The notes: generated from the letters alone by a model not told the origin. A stretch of 64,000 nucleotides of DNA from a bacterium (GCA_965249485.1 OZ252239.1:3360001-3424000); one strand, 5' to 3'; positions 1-13,638 are shown, numbered from the stretch's first letter. Made by a program: numbers and translations.

Positions 1-128
1 CATATTCTTTTTCCTGGGAATTTCTTTCAGCCATTTTTTTAGCCCCTAATGATTACTTGACACAACTGGTTAAAAGATAGAACCTTGAAAAAATACTCCA
101 ATTCTAATACTTGAACATTTACTACAAA

Positions 129-893
129 TCAATAATTACTAATTTCTAAATCCATATTGCAAAATTTAGAAGAACCAAACAAATCCGGAAATAGTGACAA
201 ATGGTTTATATTCATTCTATTTAATGACTTCAGTACATTTTTTCGGTTTGAATTTGGAACTGTAATCTTCAAAAAGATATAATCATCATTTTCTGCAGGA
301 TAGTAATTTTTTACCCAATGCTCAATATCGACTCCAACAGGACCTCGAGTAAATAGTCCACCTTGGCTAACCAACCGATAATTCTCATCTGATAGAGGTC
401 GCAAAAATTCTAAATCAGGTGGATTGGCTGCATTGTTTCCATTAGTTAATTCAGTAGAAAGAGCATAAATCGCTCTATTCCTAGTTTGATCTAGTCCAAT
501 ATCTATAAAGGCAAAATAAGATGCAAGAAAAGGAGAGCTCGTCCAATCTAATAGAGGAGTGAATAAGCCATAATGCTGTCCAAGGGCCCACCAATCATTA
601 TCATGATTAATTCTATGCGGAGTTGTTCCACGCCTTCCTCTTGTGGCAAATTTAAAATTATCTAAATGTTCATTCACAATAGATTTTTGTTCCCTTTTTG
701 ACTTTTTCTTTAATACTCGGTCCAATGTTGGTTCCAATAACCAATCGGAACACCTTTGACCTCGCCAGATATAATCGCGATAGTTAAGCATTTCTTCTCT
801 AATATAGTCAAAAAAATAATTCCATGATTGAAGCTTGACATATAGTATACCATGACTTTTTTCAGTTTCAGTCCATCTCTTTGGTTTTGCCAT
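129..893 (-). CDS. FRG domain-containing protein
   Basis: WRGQ...LEPTL, GQHYGLFTPLLDWT and N.RLVSQGGLF motifs typical of the FRG family. Confidence 0.9.
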   Translation of the reverse strand: MAKPKRWTETEKSHGILYVKLQSWNYFFDYIREEMLNYRDYIWRGQRCSDWLLEPTLDRVLKKKSKREQKSIVNEHLDNFKFATRGRRGTTPHRINHDNDWWALGQHYGLFTPLLDWTSSPFLASYFAFIDIGLDQTRNRAIYALSTELTNGNNAANPPDLEFLRPLSDENYRLVSQGGLFTRGPVGVDIEHWVKNYYPAENDDYIFLKITVPNSNRKNVLKSLNRMNINHLSLFPDLFGSSKFCNMDLEISNY

Positions 894-952
894 TATGATC
901 CCTTATTGAGATTCGAGTTGTTACTATTGTGTACCTTTAGAATAAAAAAACT

Positions 953-1656
953 TTATTGAATTTTGTCGCGTTTGATTATGTTGTGACGGGCACAGAGTAG
1001 TTGGATGTTTTCAACGATGAGAGATGATCCAACTTTGGAGTAGGGGATGATGTGGTCGAAGTGTAGATTGTCTGAACTGCCGCAAATGACACATTGCCCT
1101 TTGTCTCTTTTCCAGACTTGCAGTTTGACAGTAGCCGGAATGACTCTTGTGTGTTCTAAATCGGTATCGTTATCAGAAGCCGATGCTTCGTCCTCAATAA
1201 AAGTTAATCTAAATTTGAATACATCTCTGGCATTGCTGTTTTCTAACCATGCGTCGATTAATTGAAATAAGCCATTATACACCCAGATACCCGAATAAAT
1301 CTTCTCATAGACTTTGACCAGTTCTGGAGCAATTTCTCCGCTTTTATACTTTGCTTTTATACTTTTGTGCGGCATCAAAGAATAATCCATTTTGTGAAAG
1401 TGTACCACTCGGATTACACATTGGTTGATCTAAAGACTTGGGATTGGTGATGCCATTTGTTTTTGGTTGGTCGTGTCCTTCATAGATTAATATGTTTCCT
1501 TCATCTTCAATTCGATCGGCATATGGAGCGTTTGGTCTGAGACTCATTAAGGATGACACTGTAGGATCGTCCGAGCCGGAAGTTCATACCGCGTTGCAGA
1601 TTTGCGCCTTCCTCACTGCACATGTCTAAATAGGAAATTACGTCGCCTGGTTTCAT
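953..1656 (-). pseudogene. HNH endonuclease with N-terminal SRA/PUA-like domain, two frameshifts
   Basis: ATG at 1656 (MKPGDVISYLDMC...SVIL); +1 shift near 1551 into MSLRPNAPYADR...IYEGHD; 13-bp tandem duplication GCTTTTATACTTT (1340-1352/1353-1365) shifts again into the C-terminal CVIC...HFDHIIP...N..LLC..HN HNH domain. Confidence 0.8.
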
Positions 1657-1732
1657 GTAAGGTTAAATTAGATTAATTGGAGAGTAAATTTCATGGCATT
1701 TTTTAATGTTGTAAAATATAAAACAAAAGTAT

Positions 1733-2348
1733 TTATGGTATAATGAAGGTTATCTTTTGAACTAAACTCAATACAAACATGAAATTTTGTACTAAGACAA
1801 TTAAGATAAATCCAAAATGAAATCATATAAGCATACCAACACAGTAATCTCGCAAACGTATTGGTACTATTTGCCAAAGAATGAATTGTCCAAAATATTT
1901 CTCCAAGATCTTCTCTCGAAATTTCCAAATCTCTATATTTAGCAAGAAGCCTTTTTATATGGTGATCCAATCTCTTAAACGCACTATTTTGAAAATCGCA
2001 ATATTTATTAAAGTCTTCTCTAAGTTGATTACTCCCTTTTCCTTGATCTGTAAAATCTGAAAAACGTTCATAGTCTCTAATGATCGGAGGACACCATGAA
2101 GAGTAGATATAACTGGCAATAGAAAATCCAACTGCACTAAAATAGAACATCTGCCAGCTAAAAGGTAATCCCCAAATTATAGTGAAGGTGTTACCCCACA
2201 AAGAAAATGTCACTTCGGGTCCAATTTTTGCCAGCAGCTTTGCAAGCATAGGCACAGCGAATAACCAGATATATGATGAACGCAAGAGACGGCTTTTTCC
2301 CATTCTGTTTATCTGAGACCAAGGTGGTATGTAGGATATTTTATTCAT
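1733..2348 (-). pseudogene. membrane protein, probably frameshifted near C-terminus
   Basis: Likely start MNKISY at about 2348; removing one base from the A4 run at 1814-1817 gives a hydrophobic end FGFILIVLVQNFMFVLSLVQKITFIIP* at 1733. Confidence 0.5.
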
Positions 2349-2373
2349 TTGTTGTAGATTTATTTCAGGAGTG

Positions 2374-3174
2374 TTATTGTGATAAAACTTTTTTAATATA
2401 ATCGGTGTCTTCTTCTGAATAAATGTGGTGCGTAATCTTATTTTTTTGAGCTTTGACATTCATTTTGATTTTTTCAGGTAACATTTTAGCAGCAATTATG
2501 GGATCAATGCCGGAAGGGAAATAGGCAATGTAATCAAAAGGTAATTTAAAGGAAGTCCAGGAATACGTATCATAAATATTTCCAATTTCATTCTCATACA
2601 ATATTAAGAAATGTATGGTAAACTCTTTATTACTACTAAAATTTACACTATATGAAAAATCTAATGATTGATTTCCACCTTGAAGAATTTCTTTACCATA
2701 AAATTCATCAAGAGCCTGAGTGCCAATATTTAGTTTGTGAAAACTTCTATCTAAAAAACTATCCCTGAGAATAGGATTTGTGGAAATGGTATCAGTATAA
2801 TAAAATGCAATAATTCTTGCTAAACTATTGCCTATGTTTTGAAAATTATATTTTATCTTTATATTAATAAAATATGGGAATTTAATTAGATCTTCTTTAA
2901 TCCCGGAATGCTTTAAAAGTGAATCAACATATTCTGCCTGAAGTGAATCATTACCAAAAAACATATTTTCAAAATTTGCTTCTGATATAACAGGAGTATC
3001 TTTAATTATAATTTGAGGCCTAAAAGTAGAGGCATTGGTAAAATAATTTATTTCATCATATTTTATATTTCTCAGTTCATCGCAAACAAAATTTAGTATT
3101 ACTGCAAATAAACTCAAAATTGCAAACCAGTTACCTATTCCAAAGGATTTCAAAAAATTAAATATATTTTTCAT
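2374..3174 (-). CDS. hypothetical protein with N-terminal TM helix, very AT-rich
   Basis: 266-aa ORF with hydrophobic N-terminus. Confidence 0.65.
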   Translation of the reverse strand: MKNIFNFLKSFGIGNWFAILSLFAVILNFVCDELRNIKYDEINYFTNASTFRPQIIIKDTPVISEANFENMFFGNDSLQAEYVDSLLKHSGIKEDLIKFPYFINIKIKYNFQNIGNSLARIIAFYYTDTISTNPILRDSFLDRSFHKLNIGTQALDEFYGKEILQGGNQSLDFSYSVNFSSNKEFTIHFLILYENEIGNIYDTYSWTSFKLPFDYIAYFPSGIDPIIAAKMLPEKIKMNVKAQKNKITHHIYSEEDTDYIKKVLSQ

Positions 3175-3246
3175 TGATAAATTAGATTAATGATTTCGGT
3201 TAATAAATATAAATTACGATGTATAATAATAAAACAAAGACTTTTT

Positions 3247-3711
3247 TTAATTGCCATTTGCATTAATTTTGTTAGTCATTTTCATTTCCGTATCACTATC
3301 TGTTGATAGATTTACACCTTGTGCTAAATATTCTGGTGTTTTCATGATTTTTTTGAATACACTTTTCAGTTCATTTGTATCTTCACGATAGCAATCATAA
3401 ATAGAGACATCCATATAACAATTCTTAAATTCTTTTCTTGAAATAGGATCAAGATACAGACAATTTCTATTCCACCAATCTTGAGCCTTAATAATAACTG
3501 AATGCTTTTCACCAGAATTATCTGGCTTATGAATAACTCCTAACAATTCAGTCCAAAGAATATATGCTTCTTGATGAACTGCTAGCCGCTTTTCAAGTGC
3601 AGCTAATCTAAAAGCAGTTTTTTGTTGTTTCCCAAACAAAATCCATTGTACTATCGAGGAAATGAGAATTCCTGAAATAGTACCAATTATTCCTGCCAAT
3701 GTAGCATCCAT
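3247..3711 (-). CDS. hypothetical protein with N-terminal TM helix
   Basis: 154-aa ORF with GGAGAG RBS. Confidence 0.7.
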   Translation of the reverse strand: MDATLAGIIGTISGILISSIVQWILFGKQQKTAFRLAALEKRLAVHQEAYILWTELLGVIHKPDNSGEKHSVIIKAQDWWNRNCLYLDPISRKEFKNCYMDVSIYDCYREDTNELKSVFKKIMKTPEYLAQGVNLSTDSDTEMKMTNKINANGN

Positions 3712-3953
3712 TTTATCTCTCCATTCAGAATACTAAAAAAGAAAAATGACTAAAAGTAGTTAATTGAAAAATTCAATACTAAATAGAACCACTTTGAATC
3801 CGATGAGATTTATTTTCCCATCGGGTAATTTTATTTTTTTTTTGGAGTTTAACTACTTAAAGGTGGGGAAAGTTGCGGTTTTTTTCACTTGTTGGTTGGT
3901 TTGTAGATGATTATTTCCTTTTAAATGGGGAATTTCTATTCAGTATTAATTTC

Positions 3954-4167
3954 TCACCTATTCCTCCTCAGCACATCCCGAATCGTTCCGGTTTTCCAGC
4001 CTGTCTCGTCAGCGACACACGCAATGGCTTCATCATAATACCTGTTTTTTTTCAAACACTCATATCGTTTAAACAAATAACTGCGCTGCCGCTTCTTAAA
4101 AAACACCGCTAAATGCTTAACAAACCGATCATATTCCTCCTTCGACCTTACCGCCTCATCACCCATC
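3954..4167 (-). CDS. small basic protein with HTH-like C-terminus (mobile-element type)
   Basis: Likely start MGDEAV; ends DEAIACVADETGWKTGTIRDVL. Confidence 0.4.
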
Positions 4168-4363
4168 GCCACAATTCCCCGCCTTCCAAATCCTCCAAGA
4201 ATCCTCAATAATCATTTTCCTTGAGGCACATCCACTTAATCTCTTTTGGAGTATTGATTTTTCCCATATATCAGAAGAAAAGTGGTTGAATAGTAATTTC
4301 CATATGTGTACCATGGTGTTACAGGTTGAAAATTATGATGGAGTAAAATCCACCAGCACTATC

Positions 4364-5707
4364 CTACCACTTTGTAAAGTAGAGCTCCCAGAAACTGGTC
4401 TGCCCTTCATCCTTTTCCAGATTAACCGGTTTCCCATCCTTGAATACCATTTCCAGTTTTCTGAGGTTGGAGATATTGTCAAGCGGATTATCCGATACGA
4501 CGATTAAATCAGCGAGTTTACCTTCCTCGACTGTTCCCAACTCGTCTAATACGTCACACATATCTGCACAGTTACGAGTGGCAGCAATCAGCGCCTGCAT
4601 CTCGGTCATGCCCGAAAATACCAGCTGCTCGATTTCAACAATCCCCATCTCCCCATGAGGAGGAGAATCGCTTCCGGTAATGATTTTCACACCTGCATTG
4701 ACCGCTTTCATCAATATTTCACGCTGGCTCAAAGCTTTACTCGGTGACCGTTCGTTTTGATAAGCAACACGAATTCTCCCTTCAACTGTTACCGGATCCT
4801 GCTCAAGACCCAAATTCGCTATTATACGCTCACGATCCGTAATATATTGGGCACTCAGATTGCACGCGATAGTCGGGCAATAAAACGTACCTTTTTCCGC
4901 CATCATTTGAATAGTTTCATCGGTGATCCCGTCGCCATGTTCAATACAGTCGATATCTGCTTTCACTGCCAATGCTGCCCCAATATCCCCCGCATCAGCG
5001 GTCACCCGCAAACCGTGTTTGTGAGCTATCTTTATCGATTCTATAATTTCATCCTCTTCCATATTCCCCACGGCAATCTTGATAAAATCCACACCACGCG
5101 TGATGTTTTCCCGCATAGCCCTCCGTATCTCATAGGGACCATTAACAAAGATTGCCACCGGCCAGTCCGGCTTCCAGTAGTTTCCCTCAGTTACTGTTAC
5201 TATTTTTCCGGAAGCAAAAATACGCGGACCGACAAACACACCTGCATTAAACGCGTCTCTCCAGGCTATGTCGATGTAGTCGCGATCTCCCGTCATCCTG
5301 AGACTGGTGATGCCTCTCCTGAGTGCGTCCATGGCGTTCCTGCCTCCCCGTATTGCCGCCGGTAGTACCGGCTCATATGCGAGGATATTATTAACATCCG
5401 GGTACAGATCGGATAAATGCGCGTGCATATCCCACAAACCCGGAAGTACGTACGCCCCGTCAAGATCCAATACCCGGACATTCTTTTCTCCCGGGGATTG
5501 ACGATAAATCCCTTTCCTTATTTCCGTGATGGTGTCGTCAGTGATAACCACGGTCATATCTTCCATTGGTGCATCACCCGTACAATTAATTACTATACAG
5601 TTGGTGAGGACGGTTTTCAGCGTGCTCGTATCCTGAGCATTTGTCTGGCTTATATTTGTAAATAGTGGTATCAGTAAAACAATCCCAAGAACTTTTAGAG
5701 CTTTCAT
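4364..5707 (-). CDS. secreted amidohydrolase family protein (Xaa-Pro dipeptidase-like)
   Basis: Signal peptide; PGLWDMHAH, CIEHG, GSD and G.VEEGKLADL motifs; GGAGG RBS. Confidence 0.9.
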   Translation of the reverse strand: MKALKVLGIVLLIPLFTNISQTNAQDTSTLKTVLTNCIVINCTGDAPMEDMTVVITDDTITEIRKGIYRQSPGEKNVRVLDLDGAYVLPGLWDMHAHLSDLYPDVNNILAYEPVLPAAIRGGRNAMDALRRGITSLRMTGDRDYIDIAWRDAFNAGVFVGPRIFASGKIVTVTEGNYWKPDWPVAIFVNGPYEIRRAMRENITRGVDFIKIAVGNMEEDEIIESIKIAHKHGLRVTADAGDIGAALAVKADIDCIEHGDGITDETIQMMAEKGTFYCPTIACNLSAQYITDRERIIANLGLEQDPVTVEGRIRVAYQNERSPSKALSQREILMKAVNAGVKIITGSDSPPHGEMGIVEIEQLVFSGMTEMQALIAATRNCADMCDVLDELGTVEEGKLADLIVVSDNPLDNISNLRKLEMVFKDGKPVNLEKDEGQTSFWELYFTKW

Positions 5708-5999
5708 GTACCTATCCTCCTGTAATTGAATTGATCATCACCATACTGCGTGTTTTTTTTGAAACAATCTGAACGTACATGTGTATAAATCTTCAAAATC
5801 CGGTTGAGAAAGTATTGTCCGGTATAGTGTCAAAAACTATGGTATGAAGTAGTTAAACTCATGAGGGGTTTCGGATAAAATGGAAAGCCTGAGTCCCCCC
5901 TCAAATGAGCAGACTCGAAATTTAGAAGATGTATCGGCTGTCACATCATCTACTTCCATACCAGGTGCACTATGACACGTGGTCCGGAAATGACCTAAA

Positions 6000-7346
6000 T
6001 TACCTTTTTGTATAATATAACTCCATAAGACCTGTCAGACCTTCATCTTGTGTAAGGTTCACAATTTTCCCGTCCTTGATCACCATTGTAATTTTCCTGA
6101 TATTTGAAATATTTTCCAGAGGATTATCCTCAATGACGATCAGGTCAGCGAGTTTTCCTTCTTCAACCGTACCGATATCGTCCAGCATACCCATCATATC
6201 AGCTGAATTACGGGTAGCGTTGATCAATACCTGCATTTCATCCAACCCTGATAACACCTGCTGTTCAAGTTCCAGTAATACTTGCTCTCCGATAGGGGTT
6301 CCGTCGGCGCCGGTAAGGACCCTGACGCCTGCTTTTACTGCTTTGCGAAGAATGTTCCTCTGGTTTAATACAAAACTCGATATTTGTTCGTCAATAAAAG
6401 CTGCCTTGGTTTTTCCTGCAATGATCTCATTTTCTTCGTTCAGGTTCAGTTCAGCGATTCTTAGCTCCCTCTCAGCAATATTTCCAGCGGCCAAATAGGC
6501 AGCCGATATAGTAGGATCAAAAAATGTGCCTTTTTCCGCCATGAGCTGTATAGTTTTGTCACTGAGTCCATACCCGTGCTCAATGCAGTCGATACCGAGT
6601 TCTACAGCGATACGAGCAGCTTTTTCAGAGGAATGCGCTGTCACCGGAATACCAAAACTGTGAGCTGTCTCTATTGCAGCTTTAATTTCATCCCGGTTGA
6701 GAACGTTTGCCTGAATTTTAATAATCCCTGCTCCATTTCTAATATTCTCTCTGACAGCTTTCCGGACTTCATCAGGACCATCAACTTGTACGCCACCCGG
6801 ATAAGGAGGAGCATAACCGTCACCATGAGTTGATGAAATGCTTGGTCCGGAAGAAATGATCCGCGGCCCGACAAATACACCCGCATCGAAGGCTTTCCCC
6901 CATGCAACATCCAGGTAATCCCGCTCCGCGACCATTCTGAGAGTTGTGATACCCGTTTGGAGTGCATCGATAGCCATTCTGCCTGCGCGTATTGCTGCCG
7001 GCAATACCGGTTCATATGCAAGTATATTATTCACGTCAGGGTTAAGGTCAGATATATGGGAATGATTATCCCAAAATCCCGGAAGCACATAGGATCCGTC
7101 AAGGTCAAACAGACGGACATTCTTTTCTCCCGGGGATTGACGATAACTCCCTTTCCTTATTTCCGTGATAGTGTTGTCAGTGATAACCACGGTCATATCT
7201 TCCATCGGTGCATCACCTGTACAATTAATTACTACACAGTTAGTCAGAACGGTTTTCAGTGTGCTCGTATCCTGAGCATACACCTGGTTTGCGGTTATAA
7301 AAAGTACTACCAGAGAAAAAACACTGAGCATTTTTTGAATCTTCAT
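6000..7346 (-). CDS. secreted amidohydrolase family protein (paralog)
   Basis: Signal peptide; DNHSH, VTAHS, CIEHG, GAD and GKLADL motifs. Confidence 0.9.
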   Translation of the reverse strand: MKIQKMLSVFSLVVLFITANQVYAQDTSTLKTVLTNCVVINCTGDAPMEDMTVVITDNTITEIRKGSYRQSPGEKNVRLFDLDGSYVLPGFWDNHSHISDLNPDVNNILAYEPVLPAAIRAGRMAIDALQTGITTLRMVAERDYLDVAWGKAFDAGVFVGPRIISSGPSISSTHGDGYAPPYPGGVQVDGPDEVRKAVRENIRNGAGIIKIQANVLNRDEIKAAIETAHSFGIPVTAHSSEKAARIAVELGIDCIEHGYGLSDKTIQLMAEKGTFFDPTISAAYLAAGNIAERELRIAELNLNEENEIIAGKTKAAFIDEQISSFVLNQRNILRKAVKAGVRVLTGADGTPIGEQVLLELEQQVLSGLDEMQVLINATRNSADMMGMLDDIGTVEEGKLADLIVIEDNPLENISNIRKITMVIKDGKIVNLTQDEGLTGLMELYYTKR

Positions 7347-7407
7347 CCATTATCCTTTCGGTTTGAAAAATGTGTCGGGATCGTTTTTATTGCTTCCCAT
7401 TCGTTCG

Positions 7408-8841
7408 TTATCTTGGCTTATCGACATCGAGAACCACGACAGAGTTAACCGGATCCCATGCCCGGCCGTCCAATGTTACAACTATATAAGCGTTTCCTTC
7501 GATTGCAACTTGATAGTTTTTCCGGGGGATGCTCTGCAGACCGTACGCCTGTATCGGGCGTCTCCGAACCGTGTCTAATACCAGTCTCCCATCCTCAGGC
7601 CAGTCGAACACGTGCAGGTACAAACGGGTTGTGCCATCGGCAAGAATCCGGTGCGTTATCCTTCCCCATTCAGGCTGCTCCCACTGAGTACCCTTTGTCC
7701 CATAGATACTTTCACCGTATTTTTTGAGCCAGTCACCGGCTTCAAGGAGGACATCAACCGATTTCTCGGGAAATATGCCTTCGGGTGTCGGTCCGACGTT
7801 CAGCGTGTAATTTCCACCCAAACTTGCTACATGGGTGAGATTATGAATTATCATTTCCGCAGTTATCCAATCAGGTGTGTTGTCGTGGTACATCCATGAA
7901 CCGTTCATTGTCACATCCACCTGCAAGTTATGATACGACCGAACATCATTGAGCTCGGGGTACAATTCTTCGGAGATCAAATAATCTTCCGGTCTATGGA
8001 TAATCTCACGTGCCAAATCCTGATGGTTTATAATTACCTCGGGCTGGATCGAACGTATCATATCCATAATTTTAGGAAATTCCATACCGAGAAACGCGCC
8101 GTCCTCACCCAAATAGTGTGAATTATCTCCTAATAATATATCGATCTTGCCGTAGTTGGTAAACAGTTCGCGAAGCTGATTTCTCATATACTCGACATAA
8201 ATCTCAACGTCAGCGTCAGGATTCGGATTATAATGCTGACCTATTTCCCTCTTCGCGAGTAAATCGGTATGAAATCCTGGATGATGCAGATCGCTAATCG
8301 AATAATACACTCCCAGCCGTATGCCGGCATCAAGACAGGCATCTGCAAGTTCTTTCAGGGGATCACGGCCGAAAGGAGTATAATCCACGATATCAAAATC
8401 GGTATACTGTGAGTCGCACATACTAAACCCGTTATGGTGCTTTACGATAAACACGATATATTTCATTCCGGCATTCCGGACGACATCCACCCATTCTTCA
8501 GCATCGAAATCGACCGGGTTGAAAACCAGACCCCTTTTTAGTAAATCTTCATAGTTTCTCCAGGGTTCACTGCCGTAAACCGGTTCACCATTAATCATCA
8601 ACCACTCTCTTTCTTCAGGTGTTCTCGGCAGGGCATCGGGTCCCCAGTGGATGAGCATGCCGTAGCGTGCGTTGTGGTACCATTCCATCTTGTTATCCAT
8701 TGATGTGTTCCAGTCAGGCCGGATATCAACCATTGTTTGAGCTTGAACAACCACCGCTGCAATAAAAGACACTAAAAAGCAGGACACAATACAGCTCCGT
8801 ACCCATTGTGTCAATGATGTATGCATAAATACCTCATACAT
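7408..8841 (-). CDS. alpha-L-fucosidase (GH29), secreted
   Basis: GMLIHWG, FNPVDFDAEEW, KHHNGF and LNVGP motifs; signal peptide; start may be MHTS at about 8826. Confidence 0.9.
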   Translation of the reverse strand: MYEVFMHTSLTQWVRSCIVSCFLVSFIAAVVVQAQTMVDIRPDWNTSMDNKMEWYHNARYGMLIHWGPDALPRTPEEREWLMINGEPVYGSEPWRNYEDLLKRGLVFNPVDFDAEEWVDVVRNAGMKYIVFIVKHHNGFSMCDSQYTDFDIVDYTPFGRDPLKELADACLDAGIRLGVYYSISDLHHPGFHTDLLAKREIGQHYNPNPDADVEIYVEYMRNQLRELFTNYGKIDILLGDNSHYLGEDGAFLGMEFPKIMDMIRSIQPEVIINHQDLAREIIHRPEDYLISEELYPELNDVRSYHNLQVDVTMNGSWMYHDNTPDWITAEMIIHNLTHVASLGGNYTLNVGPTPEGIFPEKSVDVLLEAGDWLKKYGESIYGTKGTQWEQPEWGRITHRILADGTTRLYLHVFDWPEDGRLVLDTVRRRPIQAYGLQSIPRKNYQVAIEGNAYIVVTLDGRAWDPVNSVVVLDVDKPR

Positions 8842-9301
8842 ATATATGTCATTATTGTTTAAATCTTCAAATGGATTATATTTTCAACAAAGAAAATAAC
8901 GTAATTCTCATTCAAAAAGATGCTCCGCAATAATCATATACAAAGAATGGTTTGTACGTCGTCAGAACAAGTTGGAGTGATTGGGTTAAAAGTTAAGAGG
9001 TACAGTTAGTCTATGCAAGTGTTTTTTATTATCCTCCTTCCATACGTCGCCTTGCCAGATAACATTCCACTAATATATATAGACAACAATTAAGTTTTTA
9101 TCTGCCTGCAAGGACGAATTTTAACGAATGGATATAAGTGTTGAAGCATTGAAAATTCCGGTTGGAACAGAGATGAGATGAGAGGCGAGATTCTAATTTA
9201 AAGCTTTTCAATCATTACAAAAAATAGAAGTGTATAACGTTTAAAAAATGAGGAGTGAAAAAGAGAATGATGAGCAGAGCGTGTGTGAAATTTCTAATAC
9301 A

Positions 9302-10580
9302 TTAAAGCGTTTTCAGTTGTGTCTTATTTTCACGATAATACAGCTGCAGCTCCTGTGTCAATAGTTTACACCGTGCGTATTTACCTTCCTTCAGCAGTCC
9401 CATAGGTTGTAATAAAGATACTGCTTTAATTGAACGTTCGTAGTGTTCACAGTCAAAATGATCTTTCCTGCAGATAAAAAGCGACGGACTTTTAAATCCC
9501 TTAACCGGATAAGGCCATGCGCTGCCGCCTCCTGCAAACTTACATAAAGAGCGGATATTCTCAATTTTATTGTAAAAATCCCCGATTGATTTCATTCCCA
9601 GACCGTGTGTAATGGCATTCACAACATTTTTATTTAATTAATCATTCACGGCCCGAACGTTCAGATTGTCTATAATTTGCAAAGGTTTGAGTTGATTTCC
9701 GAATAATCCGCTTTCAAGTTGAAGATATATATTAGCCACCGTAATAATATTTGCCATCCAAATAGCACTATTGTCTTCGTGGGTAGCAAAACCGGTGTCG
9801 CCGAAATAATAGTCACTTACATATTTGATTGCTCTTAGAGCATCGGTGCTTATTTTGACCTTTTCTACAATAGCTGCTGATTTTCTATTTGCAGCATGAT
9901 AGTGTTTTTCTCTCGTATCCAGAGGAGCTTTTAATATTGGATCTACCTCTAAGATAGCTCCGATATTGTGAAACAAGGCTGCTTTAATCAAATTTTTATA
10001 TTCATCCTGTGAAAACTTTGTTTTATCTGGTAATAATCCGGTTTTCGATAGAGCGAATGCAAAAACAGCCACGGAAGCGGTATGATTAAAAATTTGCGAG
10101 GAACCCTTGCATTCGGAGGAATCAGTCATATATTTCATTTTATAGAGTTCAAGAGTAATGTTTTCATCGGATAATAATTCGTCCATATACGAATCAAGTT
10201 CTTCCGCTATTGATCCCAAAAATGTATCATAGACTTTATAACTCTGCCTGAATTTGGTAAGTTTTTTTAACTTGGAAATAATATCTTTTTTGAAACTTTG
10301 AGTAAGCTCGGCGCTTCTTTTAAGTTTGAAATGCAAATCCCACCCGGGATGATTTTCCTGTAAACCTAGTAAGCGGGTTACATTCTTATACGTGATCGGT
10401 ATACCTGTAGTATATAAGATCACATCATCGTAGCTTTTCAGATCTTCACCAAGATATAGTCCTGACAAAAAATTGCTTTCTTTATCGGGGTGGTATCGAA
10501 GTGCTTTTGAGAGCGCTTGAATTCCGACGAGTTCAAATTCGTCACTCGTCGGAAGAAAACATGTCCACGGCCTGGCTCAT
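9302..10580 (-). pseudogene. HD/HD-GYP-like domain protein, disrupted
   Basis: ATG at 10580 with AGGA RBS; +1 shift in the run at about 10556-10559 into the 9638..10468 frame (NHTASV, AALFHNIG); in-frame TAA at 9638-9640, then the same frame continues into ORF 9302..9622. Confidence 0.65.
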
Positions 10581-10860
10581 ATATGCTGTCCTGCATAAAC
10601 AGGTTTATACTGTTATTGTAGTAATTATTCTAATGAGTAGCGCTAACAGAGATTCAATATAGTATATTATACTAAATTATTTCAATAAAGTCTGTGATGG
10701 CCATCACAATTTAAAAAATAATTAATGGCAGCCGCATTTTTATAGCTGATTTTCTTTTGACATTAAAAATATAAAGACATTATACGGAGTGATAATTGAC
10801 TGCGCCAACTGTGCAATTGATGATTACTGTTGAATACGCAATCGAGTTGCATTGTGTTAT

Positions 10861-10889
10861 CTGCTCCCCGGGCTGTACGACGTGCGAAC
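10861..10889 (-). repeat. att-like repeat copy (GTTCGCACGTCGTACAGCCCGGGGAGCAG)
   Basis: Reverse complement matches the repeat family at 39.4-59.4 kb. Confidence 0.7.
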
Positions 10890-11202
10890 AATATTGCTTG
10901 AATAGTTCTTCTGTTGTCCACGTGTTTCGCGCTCATAGGATCATGTTGAAAAAGTGCTATATGCATCAACTATAAGTCTATTAATAACAAATATATAGAT
11001 TTATCATTATTTTAAGGAATTTATAGTGCTATTGGCAAATGTGTCAACATGTGTTAAAAATCAGGGTTTTTCCAGATACAATGATCTTCGTAAAATTCAA
11101 AATATCCAGGATATTCTTGAGGTTTTTGGCACGTATAGACACAAAAGCCGGTATGATGGCTCGGTTTTAACGACTTCCCCTACGTACCCCACCTTCTTTC
11201 TT

Positions 11203-11250
11203 TAGTACACCCAGGAGGAGTCGAACCTCCTACTTTCTAATCCGTAGTCA
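11203..11250 (-). repeat. degenerate duplicate of tRNA-Arg 3' half (att scar)
   Basis: tagtacacccaggaggagtcgaacctcctactttctaatccgtagtca vs tRNA tggtacgcccaggaggagtcgaacccccaaccttctgatccgtaatca. Confidence 0.85.
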
Positions 11251-11433
11251 AGAATGAAGATTAAATATTCACCCTCTTTAAATTTAATATAAACAGATAC
11301 ATAAACGCATGGCTGCTGTATATATTCTTAACAAATTCCATGTCACGGATGCCACAATTAACGCCATTTCACACCTATGTTGGCAAGAATTGGCAAGATA
11401 TTTTTATTTAACAATGAATCTTGACCTTTTTGA

Positions 11434-13638
<2,205 letters not shown>

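Noticed and set aside
4757..5365. 202-aa + strand ORF
   Set aside because: Antisense to the amidohydrolase.
9638..9640. Stop-codon recoding explaining in-frame stops
   Set aside because: The stops are TAA, which terminates many intact genes in this window; no alternative code is indicated.
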